Source of the DNA: Eledone cirrhosa
Taxonomy: Eukaryota
NCBI GenBank assembly: GCA_964016885.1
Contig: OZ024749.1
Span: 20,398,001 to 20,462,000 of the forward strand
Length of the DNA stretch: 64,000 bases
Reading direction: 5' to 3'
Below, one piece after another: positions 52,101 to 64,000 of the stretch (the stretch's first letter is position 1; each line of letters opens with the position of its first letter). The position numbers were made by a program, and so were the translations under genes. Under the pieces are notes generated by a model that saw only the letters and a program-made list of their open reading frames with translations, was not told where the DNA came from and ran no database searches.

Positions 52101-55100
52101 GTACCTACTTACAGCTAGGTGGACTGTGACTGTTGACATAGTACAGTGGACTATACCATACTGCTGTACCTACTTACAGCTAGGTGGACTGTGACTGTTG
52201 ACATAGTACAGTGGACTATACCAACTGTGGTAACTACTTACAGCTAGGTTGACTGAGCTGTTGACATAGTACAGTGGACTATACCATACTGTGGTACCTA
52301 CTTACAGCTAGGTGGACTGTGACTGTTGACAGTACAGTGGACTATAACATACTGTGCTACCTACTTACAGCTAGGTGGACTGTGACTGTTGGCACAGTAC
52401 AGTGGACTATACCATACTGTTGTACCTACTTACAGCTAGGTGGACTGTGACTGTTGGCACAGTACAGTGGACTATACCATACTGTGGTACCTACTTACAG
52501 CTAGGTGGACTGTGACTGTTGGCACAGTACAGTGGACTATACCATACTGTGGTACCTACTTACAGCTAGGTGGACTGTGACTGTTGGCAGAGTACAGTGG
52601 ACTATACCATACTGTGGTACCTACTTACAGCTAGGTGGACTGTGACTGTTGGCACAGTACAGTGGACTATATCATACTGTGGTACCTACTTACAGCTAGG
52701 TGGACTGTGAATGTTGGAACAGTACAGTGGACTATATAATACTGTGGTACCTACTTACAGCTAGGTGGACTGTGACTGTTGACAGTACAGTGGACTATAC
52801 CATACTGTGGTACCTACTTACAGCTAGGTGGACTGTGACTGTTGACAGTAGAGTGGACTATACCACACTGTGGTACCTACTTACAGCTAGGTGGACTGTG
52901 ACTGTTGGCACAGTACAGTGGACTATACCATACTGTGGTACCTACTTACAGCTAGGTGGACTGTGACTGTTGGCACAGTACAGTGGACTATACCATACTG
53001 TGGTACCTACTTACAGCTAGGTGGACTGTGACTGTTGGCACAGTACAATGGACTATACCATACTGTGGTACCTACTTACAGCTAGGTGGACTGTGACTGT
53101 TGGCACAGTACAGTGGACTATACCATACTGTGGTACCTATTTACAGCTAGGTGGACTGTGACTGTTGGCACAGTACAGTGGACTATATCATACTGTGGTA
53201 CCTACTTACAGCTAGGTGGACTGTGACTGTTGGCACAGTACAGTGGACTATATAATACTGTGGTACCTACTTACAGCTAGGTGGACTGTGACTGTTGACA
53301 GTACAGTGGACTATACCATACTGTGGTACCTACTTACAGCTAGGTGGACTGTGACTGTTGACAGTACAGTGGACTCTACCATACTGTGGTACCTACTTAC
53401 AGCTAGATGGACTGTGATTGTTGACAGTAGAGTGGACTATACCACAGTGTGGTACCTACTTACAGCTAGGTGGACTGTGACTGTTGACAGTACAATGGAC
53501 TATACCATACTGTGGTATCTACTTACAGCTAGGTGGACTGTGACAGTTGACAGTACAGTGGACTATACCAGACTGTGGTACCTACTTACAGCTAGGTGGA
53601 CTGTGACTGTTGACAGTACAGTGGACTATACCATACTGTTGTATCTACTTACAGCTAGGTGGACTGTGACTGTTGACAGTACAGTGGACTATACCAGACT
53701 GTGGTACCTACTTACAGCTAGGTGGACTGTGACTGTTGGCACAGTACAGTGGAATATATCATACAGTGGTACCTACTTACAGCTAGGTGGACTGTGACTG
53801 TTGACATTACAGTGGTCTATACCACACTGTGGTACCTACTTAAAGCTAGGTGGACTGCGACTGTTGGCACAGTACAGTGGACTATACCATACTGTGGTAC
53901 CTACTTACAGCTAGGTGGACTGCGACTGTTGGCACAGTACAGTGGACTATATCAGACTGTGGTACCTACTTACTGCTAGGTGGACTGTGACTGTTGACAC
54001 CGTACAGTGGACTATACCATACTGTGCTACCTACTTACAGCTAAGTGGACTGTGACTGTTGACAGTACAGTGGACTATACCATACTGTGGTACCTACTTA
54101 CAGCTAGGTGGACTGTGACTGTTGGCACAGTACAGTGGACTATACCATACTGTGGTACCTACTTACAGCTAGGTGGACTGTGACTGTTGACAGTACAGTG
54201 GACTATACCATACTGTGGTTCCTACTTACAGCTAGGTGGACTGTGACTGTTGACAGTACAGTGGACTATACCATACTGTAGTACCTACTTACAGCTAGGT
54301 GGACCGTGACTGTTGACAGTACAGTGGACTATACCATACTGTGGTACCTACTGAGAGCTAGGTGGACTGAGATGTTGACATAGTACAGTGGACTATACCA
54401 TACTGTGGTACCTACTTACAGCTAGGTGGACTGTGACTGTTGACAGTACAGTGGACTATACCATACTGTGGTGCCGACTTACAGCTAGGTGGACTGTGAC
54501 TGTTGACATAGTACAGTGGACTATACCATACTGTGGTACCTACTTACAGCTAGGTGGACTGTGACTGTTGACAGTACAGTGGACTATACCATACTGTGGT
54601 ACCTACTTACAGCTAGGTGGACTGTGACTGTTGACAGTACAGTGGACTATACCATACTGTGGTACCTACTTACATCTAGGTGGACTGTGACTGTTGACAG
54701 TACAGTGGACTATACCATACTGTGGTACCTACTTACAGCTAGGTGGACTGTGACTGTTGACAGTACAGTGGACTATACAATACTGTGGTACCTACTTACA
54801 GCTAGGTGGACTGTGACTGTTGACACAGTACAGTGGACTATACCATACTGTGGTGCCCACTTACAGCTAGGTGGACTGTGACTGTTGACAGTACAGTGGA
54901 CTATACCATACTGTGGTGCCTACTTACAGCTAGGTGGACTGTGAGTGTTGACATAGTACAGTGGACTATACCAACTGTGGTACCTACTTACAGCTTGCTG
55001 GACTGAGCTGTTGACATAGTACAGTGGACTATACCATACTGTGGTACCTACTTACAGCTAGGTGGACTGTGACTGTTGACATTACAGTGGACTATACCAC

Positions 55101-58100
55101 ACTGTGGTACCTACTTAAAGCTAGGTGGACTGCGACTGTTGGCACAGTACAGTGGACTATACCATACTGTGGTACCTACTGACAGCTAGGTGGACTGCGA
55201 CTGTTGGCACAGTACAGTGGACTATATCAGACTGTGGTACCTACTTACAGCTAGGTGGACTGTGACTGTTGACACCGTACAGTGGACTATACCAGACTGT
55301 GGTACCTACTTACAGCTAGGTGGACTGTGACTGTTGACAGTACAGTGGACTATACCATACTGTGGTACCTACTTACAGCTAGGTGGACTGTGACTGTTGG
55401 CACAGTACAGTGGACTATACCATACTGTGGTACCTACTTACAGCTAGGTGGACTGTGACTGTTGACAGTACAGTGGACTATACCATACTGTGGTGCCTAC
55501 TTACAGCTAGGTGGACTGTGACTGTTGACATAGTACAGTGGACTATACCATACTGTGGTACCTACTTACAGCTAGGTGGACTGTGACTGTTGACATAGTA
55601 CAGTGGACTATACCATACTGTAGTACCTACTTACAGCTAGGTGGACCGTGACTGTTGACAGTACAGTGGACTATACCATACGGTGGTACCTACTGAGAGC
55701 TAGGTGGACTGAGATGTTGACATAGTACAGTGGACTATACCATACTGTCGTGCCTACTTACAGCTAGGTGGACTGTGACTGTTGACATAGTACAGTGGAC
55801 TATACCATACTGTGGTACCTACTTACAGCTAGGTGGACTGTGACTGTTGACAGTACAGTGGACTATACCATACTGTGGTACCTACTTACAGCTAGGTGGA
55901 CTGTGACTCTTGACAGTACAGTGGACTATACCATACTGTGGTACCTACTTACAGCTAGGTGGACTGTGACTGTTGACAGTACAGTGGACTATACCATACT
56001 GTGGTACCTACTTACAGCTAGGTGGACTGTGACTGTTGACAGTACAGTGGACTATACCATACTGTGGTACCTACTTACAGCTAGGTGGACTGTGACTGTT
56101 GACACAGTACAGTGGACTATACCATACTGTGGTGCCTACTTACAGCTAGGTGGACTGTGACTGTTGACAGTACAGTGGACTATACCATACTGTGGTGCCT
56201 ACTTACAGCTAGGTGGACTGTGACTGTTGACATAGTACAGTGGACTATACCATACTGTGGTACCTACTTACAGCTAGGTGGACTGTGAGTGTTGACATAG
56301 TACAGTGGACTATACCATACTGTGGTGCCTACTTACAGCTAGGTGGACTGTGACTGTTGACAGTACAGTGGACTATACCATACTGTGGTACCTACTTACA
56401 GCTAGGTGGACTGTGACTGTTGACATAGTACAGTGGACTATACCATACTGTGGTAACTACTTACAGCTAGGTGGACTGAGCTGTTGACATAGTACAGTGG
56501 ACTATACCATACTGTGGTACCTACTTACAGCTAGGTGGACTGTGACTGTTGACAGTACAGTGGACTATACCATACTGTGGTACCTACTTACAACTAGGTG
56601 GACTGTGACTGTTGACAGTACAGTGGACTATACCATACTGTGGTACCTACTTACAGCTAGGTGGACTGTGACTGTTGACATAGTACAGTGGACTATACCA
56701 ACTGTGGTAACTACTTACAGCTAGCTGGACTGAGCTGTTGACATAGTACAGTGGACTATACCATACTGTGGTACCTACTTACAGCTAGGTGGACTGTGAC
56801 TGTTGACAGTACAGTGGACTATACCAGACTGTGGTACCTACTTACAGCTAGGTGGACTGTGACTGTTGACATAGTACAGTGGACTATACCATACTGTGGT
56901 ACCTACTTACAGCTAGGTGGACTGTGACTGTTGACATAGTACAGTGGACTATACCATACTGTGGTACCTACTTACAGCTATGTGGACTGTGACTGTTGAC
57001 ATAGTACAGTGGACTATACCATACTGTGGTACTTACTTACAGCTAGGTAGACTGTGACTGTTGACAGTACAGTGGACTATACCATACTGTGGTATCTACT
57101 TACAGCTAGGTGGACTGTGACTGTTGACAGTACAGTGGACTATACCAGACTGTGGTACCTACTTACAGCTAGGTGGACTGTGACTGTTGACAGTACAGTG
57201 GACTATACCATACTGTTGTATCTACTTACAGCTAGGTGGCCTGTGACTGTTGACAGTACAGTGGACTATACCAGACTGTGGTACCTACTTACAGCTAGGT
57301 GGACTGTGACTGTTGGCACAGTACAGTGGAATATATCATACAGTGGTACCTACTTACAGCTAGGTGGACTGTGACTGTTGACATTACAGTGGTCTATACC
57401 ACACTGTGGTACCTACTTAAAGCTAGGTGGACTGCGACTGTTGGCACAGTACAGTGGACTATACCATACTGTGGTACCTACTTACAGCTAGGTGGACTGC
57501 GAATGTTGGCACAGTACAGTGGACTATATCAGACTGTGGTACCTACTTACTGCTAGGTGGACTGTGACTGTTGACACCGTACAGTGGACTATACCATACT
57601 GTGCTACCTACTTACAGCTAAGTGGACTGTGACTCTTGACAGTACAGTGGACTATACCATACTGTGGTACCTACTTACAGCTAGGTGGACTGTGACTGTT
57701 GGCACAGTACAGTGGACTATACCATACTGTGGTACCTACTTACAGCTAGGTGGACTGTGACTGTTGACAGTACAGTGGACTATACCATACTGTGGTTCCT
57801 ACTTACAGCTAGGTGGACTGTGACTGTTGACAGTACAGTGGACTATACCATACTGTAGTACCTACTTACAGCTAGGTGGACCGTGACTGTTGACAGTACA
57901 GTGGACTATACCATACTGTGGTACCTACTGAGAGCTAGGTGGACTGAGATGTTGACATAGTACAGTGGACTATACCATACTGTGGTACCTACTTACAGCT
58001 AGGTGGACTGTGACTGTTGACAGTACAGTGGACTATACCATACTGTGGTGCCTACTTACAGCTAGGTGGACTGTGACTGTTGACATAGTACAGTGGACTA

Positions 58101-61100
58101 TACCATACTGTGGTACCTACTTAGAGCTAGGTGGACTGTGACTGTTGACAGTACAGTGGACTATACCATACTGTGGTACCTACTTACAGCTAGGTGGACT
58201 GTGACTGTTGACAGTACAGTGGACTATACCATACTGTGGTACCTACTTACATCTAGGTAGACTGTGACTGTTGACAGTACAGTGGACAATACCATACTGT
58301 GGTACCTACTTACAGCTAGGTGGACTGTGACTGTTGACAGTATAGTGGACTATACCATACTGTGGTACCTACTTACAGCTAGGTGGACTGTGACTGTTGA
58401 CAGTACAGTGGACTATACCATACTGTGGTGCCTACTTACAGCTAGGTGGACTGTGACTGTTGACATAGTACAGTGGACTATACCAACTGTGGTACCTACT
58501 TACAGCTAGCTGGACTGAGCTGTTGACATAGTACAGTGGACTATACCATACTGTGGTACCTACTTACAGCTAGGTGGACTGTGACTGTTGACATTACAGT
58601 GGACTATACCACACTGTGGTACCTACTTAAAGCTAGGTGGACTGCGACTGTTGGCACAGTACAGTGGACTATACCATACTGTGGTACCTACTGACAGCTA
58701 GGTGGACTGCGACTGTTGGCACAGTACAGTGGACTATATCAGACTGTGGTACCTACTTACAGCTAGGTGGACTGTGACTGTTGACACCGTACAGTGGACT
58801 ATACCAGACTGTGGTACCTACTTACAGCTAGGTGGACTGTGACTGTTGACAGTACAGTGGACTATACCATACTGTGGTACCTACTTACAGCTAGGTGGAC
58901 TGTGACTGTTGGCACAGTACAGTGGACTATACCATACTGTGGTACCTACTTACAGCTAGGTGGACTGTGACTGTTGACAGTACAGTGGACTATACCATAC
59001 TGTGGTGCCTACTTACAGCTAGGTGGACTGTGACTGTTGACAGTACAGTGGACTATACCATACTGTAGTACCTGCTTACAGCTAGGTGGACCGTGACTGT
59101 TGACAGTACAGTGGACTATACCATACTGTGGTACCTACTGAGAGCTAGGTGGACTGAGATGTTGACATAGTACAGTGGACTATACCATACTGTGGTGCCT
59201 ACTTACAGCTAGGTGGACTGTGACTGTTGACATAGTACAGTGGACTATACCATACTGTGGTACCTACTTACAGCTAGGTGGACTGTGACTGTTGACAGTA
59301 CAGTGGACTATACCATACTGTGGTACCTACTTACAGCTAGGTGGACTGTGACTCTTGACAGTACAGTGGACTATACCATACTGTGGTACCTACTTACAGC
59401 TAGGTGGACTGTGACTGTTGACAGTACAGTGGACTATACCATACTGTGGTACCTACTTACAGCTAGGTGGACTGTGACTGTTGACAGTACAGTGGACTAT
59501 ACCATACTGTGGTACCTACTTACAGCTAGGTGGACTGTGACTGTTGACACAGTACAGTGGACTATACCATACTGTGGTGCCTACTTACAGCTAGGTGGAC
59601 TGTGACTGTTGACAGTACAGTGGACTATACCATACTGTGGTGCCTACTTACAGCTAGGTGGACTGTGACTGTTGACATAGTACAGTGGACTATACCATAC
59701 TGTGGTACCTACTTACAGCAAGGTGGACTGTGACTGTTGACATAGTACAGTGGACTATACCATACTGTGGTACCTACTTACAGCTAGGTGGACTGTGACT
59801 GTTGACAGTACAGTGGACTATACCATACTGTGGTACCTACTTACAGCTAGGTGGACTGTGACTGTTGACATAGTACAGTGGACTATACCATACTGTGGTA
59901 CCTACTTACAGCTAGGTGGACTGTGACTGTTGACAGTACAGTGGACTATACCATACTGTGGTACCTACTTACAGCTAGGTGGACTGTGACTGTTGACATA
60001 GTACAATGGACTATACCAACTGTGGTAACTACTTACAGCTAGCTGGACTGAGCTGTTGACATAGTACAGTGGACTATACCATACTTTGGTACCTACTTAC
60101 AGCTAGGTGGACTGTGACTGTTGACAGTACAGTGGACTATACCAGACTGTGGTACCTACTTACAGCTAGGTGGACTGTGACTGTTGACATAGTACAGTGG
60201 ACTATACCATACTGTGGTACCTACTTACAGCTAGGTGGACTGTGACTGTTGACATAGTACAGTGGACTATACCATACTGTGGTACCTACTTACAGCTATG
60301 TGGACTGTGACTGTTGACATAGTACAGTGGACTATACCATACTGTGGTACTTACTTAGAGCTAGGTAGACTGTGACTGTTGACAGTACAGTGGACTATAC
60401 CATACTGTGGTACCTACTTACAGCTAGGTGGACTGTGACTGTTGACATAGTACAGTGGACTATACCATACTGTGGTACCTACTTACAGCTAGGTGGACTG
60501 AGCTGTTGACATAGTACAGTGGACTATACCATACTGTGGTACTTACTTACAACTAGGTGGACTGTGACTGTTGACAGTACAGTGGACTATACCATACTGT
60601 AGTACCTACTTACAGCTAGGTGGACTGTGACTGTTGACATAGTACAGTGGACTATACCATACTGCTGTACCTACTTACAGCTAGGTGGACTGTGACTGTT
60701 GACATAGTACAGTGGACTATACCAACTGTGGTAACTACTTACAGCTAGGTGGACTGTGACTGTTGGCACAGTACAGTGGACTATACCATACTGTGGTACC
60801 TACTTACAGCTAGGTGGACTGTGACTGTTGGCACAGTACAGTGGACTATACCATACTGTGGTACCTACTTACAGCTAGGTGGACTGTGACTGTTGACAGT
60901 ACAGTGGACTATACCATACTGTGGTACCTACTTACAGCTAGGTGGACTGTGACTGTTGACAGTACAGTGGACTATACCATACTGTGGTACCTACTTACAG
61001 CTAGGTGGACTGTGACTGTTGACATAGTACAGTGGACTATACCAACTGTGGTACCTACTTACAGCTAGGTGGACTGTGACTGTTGACAGTACAGTGGACT

Positions 61101-64000
61101 ATACCAGACTGTGGTACCTACTTACAGCTAGGTGGACTGTGACTGTTGACATAGTACAGTGGACTATACCATACTGTGGTACCTACTTACAGCTAGGTGG
61201 AGTGTGACTGTTGACATAGTACAGTAGACTATACCATACTGTGGTACCTACTTACAGCTATCTGGACTGTGACTGTTGACATAGTACAGTGGACTATACC
61301 ATACTGTGGTACTTACTTACAGCTAGGTAGACTGTGACTGTTGACAGTACAGTGGACTATACCATACTGTGGTACCTACTTACAGCTAGGTGGACTGTGA
61401 CTGTTGACATAGTACAGTGGACTATACCATACTGTGGTACCTACTTACAACTAGGTGGACTGTGACTGTTGACAGTACAGTGGACTATACCATACTGTGG
61501 TACCTACTTACGGCTAGGTGGACTGTGACTGTTGACATAGTACAGTGGACTATAGCATACTGCTGTACCTACTTACAGCTAGGTGGACTGTGACTGTTGA
61601 CATAGTACAGTGGACTATACCAACTGTGGTAACTACTTACAGCTAGGTGGACTGTGACTGTTGGCACAGTACAGTGGACTATACCATACTGTGGTACCTA
61701 CTTACAGCTAGGTGGACTGTGACTGTTGGCACAGTACAGTGGACTATACCATACTGTGGTACCTACTTACAGCTAGGTGGACTGTGACTGTTGGCACAAT
61801 ACAGTGGACTATACCATACTGTGGTACCTACTTACAGCTAGGTGGACTGTGACTGTTGGCACAGTACAGTGGACTATACCATACTGTGGTACCTACTTAC
61901 AGCTAGGTGGACTGTGACTGTTGGCACAGTACAGTGGACTATACCATACTGTGGTACCTACTTACAGCTAGGTGGACTGTGATTGTTGGCACAGTACAGT
62001 GGACTATACCATACTGTGGTACCTACTTACAGCTAGGTGGACTGTGACTGTTGGCACAGTACAGTGGACTATATCATACTGTGGTACCTACTTACAGCTA
62101 GGTGGACTGTGACTGTTGGAACAGTACAGTGGACTATATAATACTGTGGTACCTACTTACAGCTAGGTGGACTGTGACTGTTGACAGTACAGTGGACTAT
62201 ACCATACTGTGGTACCTACTTACAGCTAGGTGGACTGTGACTGTTGACATAGTACAGTGGACTATACCACACTGTGGTACCTACTTACAGCTAGGTGGAC
62301 TATGACTGTTGGCACAGTACAGTGGACTATACCATACTGTGGTACCTACTTACAGCTAGGTGGACTGTGACTGTTGGCACAGTACAGTGGACTATACCAT
62401 ACTGTGGTACCTACTTACAGCTAGGTGGACTGTGACTGTTGGCACAGTACAGTGGACTATACCATACTGTGGTACCTACTTACAGCTAGGTGGACTGTGA
62501 CTGTTGGCACAGTACAGTGGACTATACCATACTGTGGTACCTACTTACAGCTAGGTGGACTGTGACTGTTGGCACAGTACAGTGGACTATATCATACTGT
62601 GGTACCTACTTACAGCTAGGTGGACTGTGACTGTTGGCACAGTACAGTGGACTATATAATACTGTGGTACCTACTTACAGCTAGGTGGACTGTGACTATT
62701 GACAGTACAGTGGACTATACCATACTGTGGTACCTACTTACAGCTAGGTGGACTGTGACTGTTGACAGTACAGTGGACTATACCATACTGTGGTACCTAC
62801 TTACAGCTAGATGGACTGTGATTGTTGACAGTAGAGTGGACTATACCACACTGTGGTACCTACTTACAGCTAGGTGGACTGTGACTGTTGGCACAGTACA
62901 GTGGACTATACCATACTGTGGTACCTACTTACAGCTAGGTGGACTGTGACTGTTGGCACAGTACAGTGGACTATACCATACTGTGGTACCTACTTACAGC
63001 TAGGTGGACTGTGACTGTTGGCACAGTACAGTGGACTATACCATACTGTGGTACCTACTTACAGCTAGGTGAACTGTGACTGTTGGCACAGTACAGTGGA
63101 CTATACCATACTGTGGTACCTACTTACAGCTAGGTGGACTGTGACTGTTGGCACAGTACAGTGGACTATACCACACTGTGGTACCTACTTCCAGCTGGGT
63201 GGATTGTGACTGTTGGCACAGCACAGTGGACTATACCACACTGTGGTCCCTACTTACAGCTAGGTGGACTGTGACTGTTGACTCAGTACAGTGGACTATA
63301 GCAGACTGTGGTGCCTACTTACAGCTAGGTGGACTGTGACTGTTGACAGTACAGTGGACTGTGACTGTTGACAGTACAGTGTACTATACCAGACTGTGGT
63401 ACCTACTTACAGCTAGGTGGACTGTGACTGTTGACAGTACAGTGGACTATACCATACTGTGGTACCTACTTACAGCTAGGTGGACTGTGACTGTTGACAT
63501 AGTACAGTGGACTATACCAACTGTGGTACCTACTTACAGCTAGCTGGACTGAGCTGTTGACATAGTACAGTGGACTATACCATACTGTGGTAACTACTTA
63601 CAACTAGCTGGACTGTGACTGTTGACAGTACAATGGACTACACCATACTCTGGTACCTACTTACAGCTAGGTGGACTGTGACTGTTGACATAGTACAGTG
63701 GACTATACCAACTGTGGTACCTACTTACAGCTATGTGGACTGAGCTGTTGACATAGTACAGTGGACTATACCAGACTGTGGTACCTACTTACAGCTAGGT
63801 GGACTGTGACATTTGGAGCAGTACAGTGGACTATACCATACTGTGGTACCTACTTACAGCTAGGTGGACTGTGACTGTTGACAGTACCGTGGACTATACC
63901 ATACTGTGGTACCTACTTACAGCTAGGTGGACTATGACTGTTGACAGTACAGTGGACTATACCAGACTGTGGTACCTACTTACAGCTAGGTGGACTGTGA
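19139..64000. repeat. Large satellite DNA array, 63/65-bp monomer, ~700 copies, running off the window end
   Basis: Consensus GACAGTACAGTGGACTATACCATACTGTGGTACCTACTTACAGCTAGGTGGACTGTGACTGTT (63 bp), with +2 variants GACATAGTAC/GGCACAGTAC. Single orientation; no insertions seen. Confidence 0.98.

Noticed and set aside
19449-63543. About 130 ORFs with DSTVDYTILWYLLTARWTVTV repeats
   Set aside because: The 63-bp monomer happens to be stop-free in one frame. Frequent 65/64-bp monomers shift the frame, most starts are GTG/TTG, and nothing suggests coding constraint.
19139-64000. CRISPR array
   Set aside because: Monomers are contiguous with no unique spacers, there are no cas genes, and the context is eukaryotic.

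Overview
Non-coding, repeat-dominated animal genomic DNA. The SINE/RTE families and dense AT microsatellites resemble a coleoid cephalopod (octopus-like) genome, which is an inference. No host protein-coding gene can be supported. Bases 1-19.1 kb are a patchwork of transposon relics and simple repeats: a hAT end, a piggyBac-like end, a degraded near-full-length RTE LINE (10.6-13.25 kb), several RTE 3' fragments, non-autonomous RTE derivatives, tRNA-derived SINEs, Penelope-like fragments with hammerhead-ribozyme cores and foldbacks, and a CpG-rich ETS/CRE/E-box tandem repeat. From ~19,139 to the window end there is one uninterrupted satellite array of roughly 700 monomers of 63/65 bp. It is built from nested, variable-length block duplications (offsets 1.2-9.4 kb), and rare variants are shared between its two extremes. 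The many short 'ORFs' in the track are translations of repeats.
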